From assembly GCF_030435755.1 (NCBI RefSeq), contig NC_080837.1, positions 45,011,563 through 45,075,562 on the forward strand: a stretch of DNA of 64,000 nucleotides, in the 5' to 3' direction. How positions within the stretch are numbered: the first letter of the stretch is position 1; the number at the start of each line of letters is the position of its first letter. Shown one piece after another: positions 10,986 to 25,857 of the stretch. The notes beneath the pieces were generated by a model. That model had not been told where the DNA came from. It did not search any database and saw only the letters and a program-made list of their open reading frames with translations. This DNA is from Ochotona princeps (Eukaryota). A program made the position numbers and the translations under genes.

Positions 10986-13900
10986 AGATCATTTTTGTAT
11001 AGCTTACTTTGAAGATAATTTTGTAGGAAAAAATTTCTCATATACTTTTTGAGACATGATTTCTTCTTCCTACACTTTTTGCCAAAAGACAATCCCTGAG
11101 AGATCATTTATTAATTCCTAATTGTATTTTTGAGTAAAATAAAAGAACAAAGAAAATCAAGATGCTAGAAATACATCCAAGCCAATCCTATTGAGCTCTA
11201 AATGCCAAAGCTGGAGAAATCTGAGCAAGAAAATATTTCACATTGTATTATAACCCAAATATGAAATATGTATCCAGGAGTCCACTCTGACATAAATAAC
11301 TTATGAATAAATGTACAGAGAACTGCTTTTCTTACAGAATATTCCAGAGAATATATGTAGAAACTTCCCCAGATGGAAGAGCCTACTCCCCTTTCTCCGC
11401 AGGTGGCCTACACTTAATGACTCACTTCTAAAAAACATTAGAGGAAAGAGGAAACCATGATCTTACAGTGAAAAAAACCCTACAAACGCCCCATCCACCA
11501 AACAATTAAAGATAACTTCACTGTTGATTCCAGATGGATAGCATGTCTTCCTCAGATGACATGAAGAGGAGTCAGTCCACCTGCACAGTGCCTTTTCCCA
11601 AAATATATGCTGTAGTCTACTCACAGGGGAAAACTTGAGACTCACACTGGGGCCTCTGAAGATATGTGCCCATTAAAACTCAGGACTGTCAAGGCCATAA
11701 ATGATACAGAAAGGTTTAGGAACTGCTATACACTCAGCAGGGACTGGAGAGACACGACAACGAAAGGAAATGTGCTGTCTTGGATTGGATCCCAGAACAA
11801 AGGAAGGACGTTAGTGGAGAACTGGTGAAGTCCAAAGTCTTGTATTTAGTTACCAGTAATTCACAAGTTAACCAGTTAGTTTCTCAGTGAACATACCATG
11901 AAAACATAAGATGTTAACCATGAGGAAATTGAGCATATGGGAGTTCTCTGTTTTATCTTTAATGCATTCCTCAATAAACTCTGATAAAACTATGTAGAAA
12001 CAGAGATTTTTCTTTCTCGGTATTGTCAGGAGATGAAGTTTTGTAAGTAGGGTTATCTAAAGGCTAGCAACTACCATGTCATCTAATAAAAGATTACAAT
12101 CCGATTGTCAAACAAATGTTCTCAATCCTGATTTTGTGTCCTGGCCAAAGAATATTGGCAATAAGACACTCCAAGTCAAACTTACAGCATTGTTTCTTGG
12201 AGGGTGAGCTGAGAAGTAGTGGGACAATTTCCTTTACGATTTTTTTCCTACAAACACAAAAGTGTGCATGGATATGTCATGAGACATATATTTACTCTCT
12301 GTTGTAGCACATGTGTCAGTGTAGGCTCACAGTAGGCTGAACATGAGATGGGGCCACAGGGTGGAGAAGAGGTTTGCAACTATTCTATGTACTTTCCATG
12401 TAATTTTGCTATGAACCTAAAACTGCTTTAAAGCAGAAAGTCAATAAGAACTACCCATAAGAGCTGCACAACTAGTGTTTACTTTTTGTATAATAATGAA
12501 CAGAGGCAAGCAGTTTCCTCCAAAGCCTTTTGCCATAAGAAGCAGTCTAGAGACCTAAATGGTGAGTGTCACATTCGTCACATTCTTCACATTATATTAT
12601 CTTTCACCCCATCATTCTCCAAGCCAAGACTGAACATCTCAACCAGATGCCTTCTTGTGCCCTGTCTGCTGGCAGGGGGAAAAAAGTTCAATGCTGAACA
12701 TAGTGGTTGGCAAAGCCCAGAGTGGTTGGCATTATTCGAGCTGCCTCTCTGAAAACAGTGCCCAGAGGAACTCTATTCTCCCAGGCCTAATCCAAAGACA
12801 AATTTGTTGTAAAGACTGAAGCAGAAACTTGGAGAAGCAGAGTCACAGCAAAAAAACCCTGGCATCCCCAGGTCCCGGTTGGAGGCTCTCTGCAACAACT
12901 CTTCTGTGGCTGATTAGCAGGACTTGGAGGCTCCTGAGAGCCAATTAGAGAAAGAAGTCAGATTGTAAAGAAGGGAGAAGGGACTCCAGCAAATGCCAAT
13001 TAAAAGTGAGTGGATCCCATACCACCAAGGGACAGGGACTCAAACAATTGCATCAGCCAGCACCAACTGTTCCGGCACCAACTCCCTGAACACAGAAGAA
13101 ACAAAGGGCGAGGGTGACAGAAGGAGGCAGAAGTGTCCCATACACTGGCAAGATTCCACCTCCTCTCCCAAGTGAAAATGTACCTGACAACTAAAGTGTG
13201 CTAGCTCTTGATTAGTCACGTAGAAAACTCTAACACGCCGTGAGAGCGGCAGGCCACATGAAAAGCATAAGGGAGTTGGCCATGGGACTGCAGATCCAAC
13301 CGCCCCGGTGCCAAGACAGAATCCCACTCATCATCTCTGATGGCATATGGCTCATTGTTCTGTGTGTATAGAACAACGAAACTTCCAGGAGTTCCCTCCC
13401 CACCACCCCGTACCGCAAAATGCCTGATGATTTCTGAAATATGTTCACAAATACAACCTTGATCAATTTTCTAAAATCACTGTGGGTTTGCCAGGTAGGT
13501 ATTAGTATTTCCATTCAGGAATTTAAAGAAATTAATATTGGTGCTCAAAAGATTTACCCAAGAGTGCACAGATAGCATTAATTATAACTTTTAAAGTAAT
13601 ATACCATTATGCTTACATCTACACCAAATATCTCTAAAATAGAATAACTAGTTACTCCAGGAACAGACATTGTGGTATAATGGGTTAGGTTGCTATTTGT
13701 AGCACCGATGTTCTATATGGACATCAGTTCAAGCCCCAGCTGCTGTACTTCTGATCCAGCTCCCTGCCAATAGGCCTGGCAAAGCGACCTAACACGACCC
13801 AAGTGCTTAGGGCTCCGCACTCATGATAAAGCTGTGCCTCCCGGCTTCATCCTGGCTTCCTCCTGGGCCAGACTGGCCACTGCAGCCGTTTGAGGAGTAA

Positions 13901-14974
13901 ACCAGCAGGTAGAAGCTCTCTCTCCCCCGCTCAGATTTTTAAATAAATAAATAATAAATAATTTTTTTTAATTTACTCTAGCAAGAGAACTAAAAGTAAG
14001 AGATGGAAATGAAACATTTTCTCTATATACTTTTTTGAAACTTTTAAATTTTACACTTGTTGGATATATAACTTCCTGAAATTAAATTTAAAAAAAAAAA
14101 GAAAGTTATGATTAGGAAATGAAAACCCACAACCCAACAGTTTCCCATTACACAGTGCCATCTCCCATGTGATAGGAGTCAGGGCACGTTTCTTTGTCAC
14201 GTCTTGTCACTCATCCTCACCCACATCCACATGCACAACTTTCTATGGGAACTTTCCCAGTGTTGCCCACTCTGTGCAAATGTGCTGGGAGCTAAGAGTG
14301 GGCTAAAACCCAACCAAGTCACAGGAAAACAGGACTGTAATTCCAGCTTACAGCCAAAGTGATTTCTATTTGGAAAATGAAAAAATAGCTTCTCTGTCCA
14401 AATATCTTAATTAAATGGAAAATAAAATTAAAACCTCAGCATAAGAAATCAAGATGAGAAAAAAATGAAAGCCACAAACTGGCCAGTACCAGGTACGGCG
14501 GTCCCCCATACTTGCTGACAGGACAGTGCCAAAGGACGAAGAAGAGGGGCAGGGGCAGAAGGAAAAGCACCTTTTCTGGTTATCACTAAGGGAGATATCT
14601 TGGCATGATTGACAGGGGATTTAACCACAAGAAGAGTGAGAGGACATTAGGTCAGAATGCAAAATATATTGCTACACAGCTTTAATTGATACAAATGACA
14701 CTTTGCTGATGTTCCATGGGTCTACAAACCACAAATGTAACTAGAACAAAATATAGACAGAAGGTCCTAACAGGATGCATTGTTACCATGGACTGAAATA
14801 GGAGACATTATAAATATTACACTCTTTTGAAAATTTATTCACTGGTTCCATGCAAATGTATTGAACAGTTTAAGTACTGAACTAGAAACTAGGACCTCAA
14901 ATATGCATAACTACCTTCAAAATGCTTATAGCTTTTGGAGATAGGAGACAGGTAAATAATTAAAACACAATGTT

Positions 14975-15300
14975 CAGGGCCTGGTGAGGTGGCCTAGCGG
15001 CTAAAGTTCTGCCTTGAACGCACCAGGATCCCATACGGTCCCCGGTTCTAATCCCGGTGGCCCAGCCTCCCATCCAGCTCCCTGCTTGTGGCCTGGGAAA
15101 GCAGTTGAGAATGGCCTAAAGCTTTGGGACCCTGCACCGGCATAGAAAACCTGGAGGAGGTTCCTGGTTCCTGGTTTCAGATTGGTTCACTCCAGTCATT
15201 GCAGTTGCTTGGGGAGTGAATCATCAGATGGAAGATCTTCCTCTCTGTCTCTCCTCCTCTCTGTATATCTGACTTTGCAATAAAAAAAAAATCTTTAAAA
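14975..15300 (+). mobile_element. CSINE, + orientation
   Basis: ggcctggtgaggtggcctagcggctaaagttctgccttgaacg ... ctctgtatatctgactttgcaataaaaaaaaaatcttt. Confidence 0.8.
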
Positions 15301-16169
15301 ATAAAAAGTCCTAAAAGATTGTGGCAATAGACTCTTCAAAACTGACCAAAAATTCAATTCATGATCTCTAGCCCCAACCTGTTGTCATCCATACACCTAT
15401 CAGCAGCTGATGTCACAACATATTTACTGCTTAAGCTGGAAACCTAAGATCGAAACCAACACTGGGTATGTAGATCACCTTGCCTAAAAATCTCACTTAT
15501 TTCCTTTCCATTCTGAGTTTAATAGTTCAGCAGTTTTTGCTCACTGTGATGGCTTTCTGTTTAGTTTCTCTATACCTGAAATCTCCTTTATTACAATCCT
15601 CTAAAAGACTGGCTGACTGATTATTATTTGAAAGGCAGAGCAACAGAGAAGAGGAAAGAGAGATCGTCCATCCACTGGTTCCTTTCCAAATGCCTGCCTC
15701 AGCCAGGGCTGGCCAGGCTGAAGCCAAGAGCCAGGAACCCCACCCAGGTTGCCCATGTGGGAGACAGCAGCAATGGCTCAAGTGGCACAGGCGAGGAAAA
15801 GGGGGTCCCTGCTTTAGTTCCTCTCCACCCTAACCACTGTGCAGGTATCTGGGGAGTGAGACAGAGAATCAGAAAGCTCTTTCTTGCTCCCTCCACCTGT
15901 CAAATAACAAAATAAATTTAATTTTTTTAAAGATTTACTGATTTTTACTTGAAAGGCAGACATTTACAGAGGAGAGACAGAAAGAGGTCTTACATCTGCT
16001 GGTTCACTCCCTAAATGGCCAGGAGCCTCCTCTGGGTCTCCCACATGAGTGCAGGGTCCCAAGGCTTTAGGCCATCCTCCACTGCTTTCCCAGGCCACAA
16101 GCAGGGAGCTGAAACGGAAGTGGAGCAGCTGGGATACAAACCAGCGCCCATATGGGATCCTGGTGCTGC

Positions 16170-16815
16170 CGGCAGAGAATCAGCCCACATCGCCAATGTG
16201 CCAGATCCAAAAATCAATCCAATATTTGAGAGTATTTACAGGGTGGCTAGACAGAAAGAGATGCCCAACAGCATCTGTGTGGGCTGCATAGTGGCGCTGG
16301 TTAGATGGAACTAAGCTTTAATACCCAGTGACATGTACAAGAGTCGAATGGGATGTGGAACAGACTGGACTAGTCTGCTACACATACTGGCAAACCAGGG
16401 TAGGAGGCGGGCCTGGTGGGGGTTATTGTGGGTGGCTCTGACTAAGCTGCAGCTCCCACTGGTTTATGTGAGGGCCGAGTATGTGCTGGACAGAAACAGG
16501 CTGGACTGCAACACCCAGTGGTTCCAGTGGAAGTCGGGGCTGAAAACAGAACCAACCCAGCAACTGCAACCACTAACTGATGATACTCTGCCAGCTGTAC
16601 CTTCAGACCAGAGATGGTCTCCCCAAGAAACCGTTGAATTTATCTGGACAATAAGATGCTGGACTCTGTGCTTGATATATGCTTGCAATGAAAGAATCTT
16701 GACTGAATTTGAACTCTAATACATCCACCATGGGGGGAGGGTACAGGGAGGGGTTGGGGGAATCCCAGAGCCTATGAAACTATGTCACATAATGCAATGT
16801 AATTAATAAAAAAAA
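16170..16815 (+). mobile_element. LINE-1 3'-terminal fragment (L1 3'UTR-like) ending in poly-A
   Basis: 3'-terminal motif gggggaatcccagagcctatgaaactatgtcacataatgcaatgtaattaataaa(A)n; the same motif recurs at 62.3 kb and 62.8 kb. Family assignment is from memory and not alignment-verified. Confidence 0.45.
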
Positions 16816-17149
16816 AAAAAGTTGAATGACCAACAGAGGAATAATTAAACAAAGGATTGCATATCATTAACTGGATTCTAGGCAAGCATTTTGAAATGTG
16901 GTAGATGGGTATTAACTGGAAGACAACCATCACACATTATGAGAAATAATACAGGATTTCCTTAGAAGGAAACTGACATCATTATGGGAATCAATCAGCA
17001 CTGAAGTTATTCCCAAGACACTTGTGCTCATTACACTAATGCAGACTCACAGGAACCACGAAGCTGCTAACTGGCCAAAGGGCCCAGCGCACTTGGGAGT
17101 GCCTTTTCCTTGTCCAACTCATTCTCATTCCATATTAGCTTAACTTATT

Positions 17150-17480
17150 CTATTTTTTCAAGATTTATTTATTTTTATTGCAATGTCAGATATACAGAGA
17201 GGAGAGATAGAGAGGAAGGTCTTCCATCCGATGAGTCACTCCCCATGCAGCTGCAATGGCCAGTGCTGCACCGATCCAAAGCCAGGAACCAGGAACTTCC
17301 TCCAGGTCTCCCACACAGATGCAGGCTCCCAAGGCTTTGGGCCGTCCTCGACTGCTTTCCCAGGCCACAAGCAGGGAGCTGGATGGGAAGGGGTTGCCAG
17401 GACTAGAACCGGAGCCCATATGGGATGCTGGCGCGTGCAAGGTGAGGACTTTAGCTGCTACGCCATCGCACTGGACCCCA
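17150..17480 (-). mobile_element. CSINE, - orientation
   Basis: ttttttcaagatttatttatttttattgcaatgtcagatatacagagagg ... gctacgccatcgcactggaccc. Confidence 0.8.
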
Positions 17481-20400
17481 AAAATACATAAATCTTTAAA
17501 AAAAAAAAGAATACCAGTCCTGGATGACATTTAAAAAATAATAAAAATCTCTATTTGGAAATTATAACTGTATTGACAGCAACTCAAAGCCTAAGACCTT
17601 AGAATTAATAGCAAGTCCTTGATCTACAGAGATCCAAAGCGGAATCTGAAGTTATATGTTTTTGTTTTGTCTTGCTCTGGAAAAGCTCTCAAACTGGATG
17701 TTTAAGGCTCAACCTACAAGGCAAGTGTTTGGCATGGTAGTTAAAATGATGCTTGAGACAGCCACTTCCTGTATTGTTGTTGAGTCATGGCCACTTCCTT
17801 CTGACCCAGCTTCCTTTGAGAGCATCCTGGAAGGAAGTGGATGATGGCTCCTGACGCCCATGCAGGAGACCCAGATGGGGTTCTGGGTTCTTGGCTTCAG
17901 CTTGGCTCCACCCTAACCCACTGTACTCTGCCTCTCAGGTAAATGAAAATAAACTTTCTTTTTTAATTTAAATCAGCAATCTTTCTGTAAAGAAAATGCT
18001 TCTCAAATACACAGAGGAAACACCATTTAAACATCATATAAGGCTAGCATAACTTTGATGCCAAAACAAGACCAAATTAAGAAATAAGCTCCTAAGTATC
18101 ACTTGGGACCCACAGATGCAAAATCCCAAGTGTTACTCATATATACTGAGTAATGTATCAAATATATATATGGGGTCACCATTGTGGTACAGCAAGGACA
18201 GCCATCATCTACAACACTCGCACCCTGTATGAGTACCAGTTCACGTCCCAGATGCTCTACTTCCCTGCTAATGGTCTGGGACTCGCACAGGAGGATGGTC
18301 TACGTGCTTGGGTCCCTGTACCCAAGGGGAGACTCTTGACTTCAGCCAGGTTCAGCCCTGGCCACTTTAGACATATGGGGAAAGAACCAGCAGATACAAG
18401 TGTGTGTGCATGTCCCTCTATCTCTGATTTTCAAATAAGTGAAATCTTAACATATAAATGCATTTATCTGTAAATATTTACAAATACATATCCTCAGCAA
18501 GTAGGTTTGCACTAAGAATGCAAGTTTGGTTTATTGTCAAAATTGAGTACTTAAATTCACCACCTTAATAAATTGAGGAAAAAATAATTATTTGTTATTT
18601 TAATAAATTCAGACAAAGCATTAGAAACAATTACATAAGTTAGAAAAACAGATTTAATTTTTTATAGAAACTCAAACTCAGAATCTAAGTGCTGGTACAC
18701 GAAAAACCATCTTATTTAATGACAAAAGGTGGAAAGTAGTTCTTTAGGTACACAGTCTGTTATGACGGCGTCTGCTGTCGCAGCACACAGCAATGATACA
18801 GGAGGAAAAAATCAAATAGAGGATAAAAGAACTGAGAATCAAGAAACCAACGTTATTATTTATACATACAAAACTCCAAAGAATCAAACGGATTATTACA
18901 GTGAGAGTTCTCAAAAGATCACTGCTACATAAACAAGCATAAAAACATAAAAGAACCATTTGCATTTCTATTCCCCATTGTTACATACAACAGCAGTAAA
19001 AGCTATAAAATTGCTAGGAATAAGTCTAATTAAAGATACATAAAACCAATCTGAACAAAGCAACAAATAACACTGAAAGACACTGAAGAGGCCTAAGTAA
19101 ATGAAGGAAATCACGGATAACAAAATTTTACAGAGATCTACCCTTCCAATCTTAAATGTAAGTCATTGCAATACCAATGAAAAGCCCAGAGGAAAAGACA
19201 GGCAGTCAGCTGAGCATTGAACATGCCACTCGGGATGCCTGCACCAGGTATCAGAGCATCCAGGCTTCAAGCTCCAGCCCAGATCACAGTTCCAGCTTCC
19301 TGCTACTGTGCACCCTGGGAGGCAGCCGGTGATGCAGGCTCATACTGCATCTGGGTCCTTGCCACCCACAGAGACGACCTGCAAGGAGTTCCAGGCTGCT
19401 GGCTTTGTCTGATGCAGCCAAGGCTGCTGCCGGCATTGGAGGAATGAACCAGTAGAGGGGAGGTATCGCTACCTTCCTGCCTTTCAAAAAGGAAAAAAAA
19501 AATCTCAGAGGAATTTCTCATGAATATGTGCAAACTGGTTTTAAAAATATATGAGATTAAAAAATATATATATATGAGATTATGTGTGAAGATTAACATG
19601 AAAAAATCTGATTACATATTAGCTTCTTTTAAAACTACGTAGAACAACGTGGTATTGGTATAAAATAATAAACAGAGCCAAAGAAACCAGGTAAGAGAGC
19701 TCAGAAACACCAAAATCAAGACCCTTCAAAAAGTTCATGGAAAACATGTATTGTGAAATAGCTAGGTATGAACTTCAAAGTGTTTTGTACCAAAATAAAT
19801 TTAATTACATGTTCCATGAACTTTCTGAAGCACCCTTGGGTATAAGAAAAGTTGGCTTAAGTCTAAGCAGATTTTCATGTTTGGTACAGAAAGGACACAT
19901 TCTTAATAAAATGTGCTGGACCAATGTTACTGGTTTTGGGGAAAAAATTATATACATACATCAAGTCAGAATGTATGACAAAATTTCATGAAATAACAGA
20001 GAAAGGCAGGCATCTGCTGCAGATGCTAAGACATGATGTGGGATGCCAGTATGCTACACTGGAGTGATCTGTTTGTGTCCCTGCTGCTCTACTTCTGATC
20101 CAGCCTCCTGCTCACACGCTTCCTGGGAGGTGGTAGACGACAGCTTAAGCACTTGAATTGCTGCCATTCAAGTAGGAGACCTGAATGGAGTTCAAGACTT
20201 CTGGTTTGAGTCTGGCTCTGTCCTGGCTTTCATGGGCAGATAGGAAGTGAACCAGCACATGGAAGATCTCTGTTTCTGTCTTTAAATAAAACGACAGAAT
20301 AAACAAATAAGATTTTTTTTTTCCAGAAAAGCAAGACAGTAGAGGGGCAATGTGCTTATGGACAGGGAAAGACTTTTCAAAACACAAATACATTCAATCA

Positions 20401-22680
20401 CATTGGAATTAAGAACTTCTGTTCAGAGAAAGACCCTAATGAGGCAGGTGCCATGGTACAGTGGGTGACATCGGAGTTCCTAGAATCAAGTCGCACTCTA
20501 ACGCCCCCAGGAAGCAGCAAATGATGGCGCAGGTACCCGAGACTCTGTCACCCACGTGGGAGACCTGCACAGAATAACAGGCTCCTGGCTTCAGCTCAGC
20601 CCAGCCCTATTTGTGGCAGGAATTTGGGAAATAAAACAGCAGCAGATAGAAAACCTCTGTCTCTCTCTCTCTCCCCCATCTCTCTGTCGTTCTACCTTTC
20701 TAACAAATAAATAAAATATAAAAAAAAATCTACTAGAGTAAAAAGGCAAGCTAAAAATGATCAGATGTCTGCAGCATATATCCTGACAAAACATTCGCAC
20801 AAGGGACATTTAAATAGTTCAAATCAATTTGGAATCCGACATAATAGTAGTCAGAACACATGAACATGCATTTTGCCACAAGAAAATATCAGTGTTCATT
20901 CACTCCTCTATTTGCAACATCCAAAAAGTCCCAAAACAGCAAGCATGGAAGAAGACAGGGACCTTGAGGAAGGCTCATCCATTTACAGTAGAGGCAAAGA
21001 GTGGTAACAGCACTTTTGAAATGTTTGGTATTTTCAAAAAATGTCAAACACGTACACACTCTACAACCCAGCAGTTTTATTCTTCTGTCACTAGTCTGAG
21101 ACAGCTATCTTCACACACTAGTGCCCACCTGAAGGTTTGCTGGAAGGCTTGCTAAGCATAGGGTGCTGGGCTCTTCCCCAGAGTTTTGGAATCATTTAAG
21201 TCTGGGCAGGAACCTGAGAACTTGCATTTCTACGAAGCTTCCAGGTCAGGTGATGCTGTGGGTCTGGGGACCTCTCTACAAGCACCACTGCTGTAAAAGA
21301 TACTCTTGTGCTTACCTGTAAGAGCACGCACAAGAATTAGTGCTTTGACAGCAAAATAAAGACAGGAAAACTGGAAAGTCCAACATCCTTTTAACAGCAG
21401 GATGAATACATTCTGACAGATCCATACAATGAGGTATTATACAGCTGTGGAAGCCAATTGAGACGAGGTCATGGAGAGGCACACAGGGCTCCTAAGGTAG
21501 CAGTGACGCTCAGATTTTAAGGCAGGTGGGTATTCTATGAGTATTCAAACTATGCTTTAAACCACAGATAAACATCTTAACATACTTGATTTGTTTTTAC
21601 ACACTGCTTCTCTCTAGTTACCACCTACTGCTCATTTTCCAGTCTCTGGCTCTACACAGAAGACCCCGAGTCAAAGGCGGCCAGTTACTGGGTCTCGTCT
21701 CCCTACTGCCTCTAATGCTCACTCATAACCCCCCAAAGTCAGTGCATAGGCTATTCTCAAGATCTTGCTATGCCCCCCACTAACTCCTAATCACTTTTCT
21801 ATGACTGTAAGCCTCAAAATCAACACCAGAAACTGAATTCAAGACTACACATGTGGTCTGACAGACACTGGTATGCAAACTTCTCTCTGGCTGTCACAGA
21901 GAGGTTCCTCGGTGCTGTCCAAGAAGAAACTTCTTTTTTTTTTTTTTGCAACTATTATCACACTGATTACTCCTATTGACTTCATCTAACTAAAACTGCT
22001 AATAAATTTTAATATCTGACAATCAGCATACAACAAAAGTATGGACTTGGTAATTTTATCTCGTTAGACTCAGCCCTCACACTGCTTTAGACAGCTAGTC
22101 AGACAGTTATTCTACCATCCGTTCTCTAACGAGTCCTGCTTTACATTCTTCACAAACACACTGAATCAACAGTAACATGCAAATCATTGATCGAACATGG
22201 ACCAGAGCAGGATGAGAGACGCAGACCTGAGCCAGAGTCATGTGTATCCGGCAACGTACAAATATTATTCAATTGGTTATTAAACCTCACTCACATTTCC
22301 CCATTTTTTTCACAAGAATAAGAGAAACCATTACACAATGTATCACTGGCGTCTAAGGAAACAGGGTCTTGCCTTCTCTGGCAGCAGCCTACTAACACTG
22401 TTAGGATAATAGTGTCTGTCATCTTGGACCGTGGCTAAGGAAGACCACTGCAGATGACAGAAAATTGGAAAGAAATAAAAGGAAGGTTCAGCAACTATTG
22501 TGAAGCTGCCATTCTGCCCTGGGCTGCATACTGCCAGAATTTTTTTTTAACTGGGAGAGAAATAAACCATAAGGCAGTGGGGGTAATAAAAGTTATTACC
22601 CCGCTGGATTAAAATGATCCTTAAACCAAGAATCCAAGCCTGGGGAAAAAAAAATGAAGCAGCCCAAAATACAGGGTTTC

Positions 22681-22686
22681 TTTATT
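22681..22686 (-). other. TTC5: Candidate TTC5 polyadenylation signal (AATAAA on the minus strand)
   Basis: Plus-strand tttatt about 450 nt downstream of the stop codon; no cDNA support available. Confidence 0.3.
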
Positions 22687-23136
22687 TCCAAATGAATTTA
22701 ATTCCATTCCAGCCCCAGAGAAGGGGATGGATCTAAATTTTAAACATAGAACTTGCTCAAAAACCAAGCCATTAAGAACTTAAGCCCCCTCCCTCAGCAA
22801 TAAATATTGAACTGATACATACACAGAAGCTTAGGAAGGAGGCACAAACCGGAACCTGGGAGACTGTCCACAGCAGGTTCCCAAAACTTCTGCCAATTCC
22901 ATGCTCTTTGCCGAAAACAGAGAGAGTAGCGCAAGAGGCAGGAGAGAGACACCAAGGGAGGGCACAGCCCTGGAGAGGGTTCCACATAATGACAAGAAAG
23001 ACCCCACACGCCTTACAGGACAGAGGAAGGGAACGTCCCCACCCTGCCCGTCCTGGTGGAGTCTCTGACGTGGCTGCTCCAGTTGCTGAGCGCCAGGGGT
23101 CATCTCAGTCCACTCTGCAGGGCCAGTGAGGCAAGG

Positions 23137-23256
23137 TCATTCACACTGAGGCCTCGATGCCACCATGGCAGCAGCCTGGCTGCTGGAGCCCTGAGGCTTC
23201 CCGTTCACCACCAGCAGGAGGGGCGTCTCCACACGAACACTGGAAAAGGCATAGTC
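23137..23256 (-). CDS. TTC5: TTC5 terminal coding exon 10 ([39 protein letters not shown]); 3'UTR continues to ~22.66 kb
   Basis: Acceptor tctttgccag; TGA stop at 23137-23139; matches the human C-terminus [39 protein letters not shown]. The ten exons sum to 1323 nt = 440 aa + stop, the human protein length. Confidence 0.85.
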   Translation of the reverse strand, partial: DYAFSSVRVETPLLLVVNGKPQGSSSQAAAMVASRPQCE

Positions 23257-23816
23257 CTGGCAAAGACACACAGATGGTCAGTGGGTCATTACAGATCCTG
23301 AGACGGAAGAACTCCAGCGCGGGCATCCTTCCCCTCTGCCACAGTGTACACCCCCAACCTACCTCCAAGACTCTTCAGGCAAAAAGGAGCTCACAAGGGA
23401 GAAGGGGTTTTAGCAATAATCTTTCGGGCTTCAGGAGGAAAATCTGAAGCAGATAAGGCACCAGCTAGGTGACTAGAGGAATGAGACAGTCCTCTGGTTC
23501 AACCAGGCAGCTTCCTGGCACTGCTTAGGAAAAGGATGCCACCAGCTCTCAGAGAATCTGCCCTCACAGGGCTTCCCGAGAAATAACACAGTACACCAAG
23601 CAGCAGCCAAAGCAGCAGAAATCTTAAGTCCAAATGCTGCAAAGCCCCAAATTAATCTGCCATGAATTAAAGTTACTTCTTCCATTTAAATCAAGAGCAA
23701 AGAAGAGAAAGTATTAACAGTAGTTTATATTTTCCAAACAACAGAAAAAGATACCGACTCACTTGACCAGTTTCAAATGCTTATTAAATTCTAAAACACA
23801 CTGTTAAAAGAACTCC

Positions 23817-24122
23817 ACCTAGGGCCCGGTGGGGTCCTTGCCTTGCATGTGTCAGGATCCCATGAGCACAGGGTCTAATCCCGGCAGCTCCACTTCCCAT
23901 CCAGCTCCCTGCTTGTGGCCTGGGAAAGCAGCTGAGGATGGCCCAAAGCATGCACCCACGTGGGAGGCCCAGAGAAGGTTCCTGGCTCATTGCTATGGAT
24001 TGGCTCAGCTCTAGCCGCTACTTGGGGAGTGAACCAGCAGACGGAAGATCTTCCTCTCTGTCTCTCTTCCTCTCTGTATATCTGACTTTTCAATAAAAAT
24101 AAAAAAAAAAAAAAAAAAAAAA
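23817..24122 (+). mobile_element. CSINE, + orientation, with 24-nt A tail
   Basis: agggcccggtggggtccttgccttgcatg ... tgacttttcaataaaaat(A)24. Confidence 0.8.
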
Positions 24123-24384
24123 TCTCCATCCAGGGCCAGCATTGTGGTGTAGCATATAAAGTCACCCCTGCAATGCCAGCATCCCATATAGGCACCAGTT
24201 TGGGTCCTGGCTGTTCCATTTCCAACCCAGCTCCCTGCTAATGTATCTGGGCCCCTGCCACCCACATGACAAACCAGGTTTCCACCTGGTTCAGCTCCGG
24301 CCATTGCTGCCATGTGGGAACTGAATCAGTGGATGGAAGATATCGCTCTGCAAAACTTTGGTTTTCAAATTAATACATTTTCTT

Positions 24385-24705
24385 TTAAAGATTTATTTTA
24401 TTTTTGTTGGAAAGTCAGATATACAGAGAAGAGCAAAGACAGAGAAAGATCTTCCATCCTAGATTTACTCCTCAAGTGACTGCAACAGCCAGTGCTGAGC
24501 CGATCCGAAACCAGGAGCCCCTTTCTGGTCTCCCATGCCAGTGCAGGGTCCCAAGGCTTTGGGCTATCCTTGACTGCTTTTCCAGGCCACAAGCAAGGAG
24601 CTGGATGGGAAGTGGGGCTGCTGGGACTAGAACCAGCACCCATGTGGGATCCTGGCGCGTGTAAGGTGAGGACTTTATCCACTAGGCCACCGTGTCAGGC
24701 CCTCC
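24385..24705 (-). mobile_element. CSINE, - orientation
   Basis: ttttaaagatttattttatttttgttggaaagtcagatatacagag ... ccactaggccaccgtgtcaggccc. Confidence 0.8.
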
Positions 24706-25857
24706 AATAAATAAATTTTTTAAAATAATCTTCATTAAAAAAATACTATGCATGGAGACTGTGAAATATAAAGTCCAATTAAAGTGCTTTCATAAATCAT
24801 CGATTTAAGAATAATAATAATATAAATTGAAACTTACAAACAACTCCCAAAGATCAGTACGCTTAAAGTTTTAACAGGCAGGCTGGCGCAGCGGCACAGT
24901 GATTAGTCCTGCTGCTGTTGGTGGCGCTCCTGTCTCCCATACCAGAGGCCAGTCCAACTGTCAGCTGCTCCGCTTAGGATTTAGCTCCCTGCCAACACAC
25001 ACAGGAATGCAGGGAAACACAGCCCAAGTACTGGGGCCCTGCCACCCACACGAGAGACCTGGGTGGAGTTCCAGCACCTGACCTGCTGCAGCCAAGTGGG
25101 AGTTAATCTGAACATGCAGGTCTTTCTCACGTTCTCTGTCTCTCTGTCACTCTTTCTCTCCCCTTCTTTCTGTTGCTTTGGCTTTCAAATAAATAATTCT
25201 TCCTAAAAATATGCCAGCAGGAATACGGGTGTGTACCAAAATGGTAATGCATGGAAGAAATGGCATCAATAAATGCTCAAAACCCAAATTAAGAGAGTAT
25301 TGAGGCTAATTTTTTCACATAAAATTATCAAATAATTTTTCCAAAGTGTTTAATCAGACTTCAGAGGAAAACTACAGGGCAACCATCACATCTGCTGTTA
25401 ACAATAGCTAAGTGGTACAATCCTCCGGAGGAAGATCTGGCAATATGTATCAAAAGCCTGAGTCTATATTCTCTTTGGATCTGATCTATATCAGAAATTC
25501 ATTCAAGGACACAGTGATGGCAACAGTCAGGGGTATAAAAACGCTCATATATGGGTAAAGCCAAAGCCTGTGACCCCAGAACCCCATATGGGCACCCTCT
25601 CGAGACCAAGCTGCTCCACTTCTGATCCAGCAACCTGCTTATAGGCTGGAAAGCAGCAAAAGATGGTCCAAATGAGCCTCCGTAACCACATGGGACACCC
25701 CCAAGAAGCTTCTGGCTCCTAGCTTCAGATCAGCTCAGCTCTGGCCTTTGCAGCCATTTGGGAATGAATCAGCAGACAGATCTCTCTGTCTCTCCTTCTC
25801 TCTATATAAATCTGTCTTTCAAATAAAAATAAATAAATATTAAAAAATAAAATGCTT

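Noticed and set aside
19217-19599. Minus-strand ORF (DTSPLLVHSSNAGSS…) weakly resembling the TTC5 C-terminus
   Set aside because: The region is a CSINE copy. The genuine TTC5 terminal exon ([27 protein letters not shown]…QCE*) is at 23137-23256.
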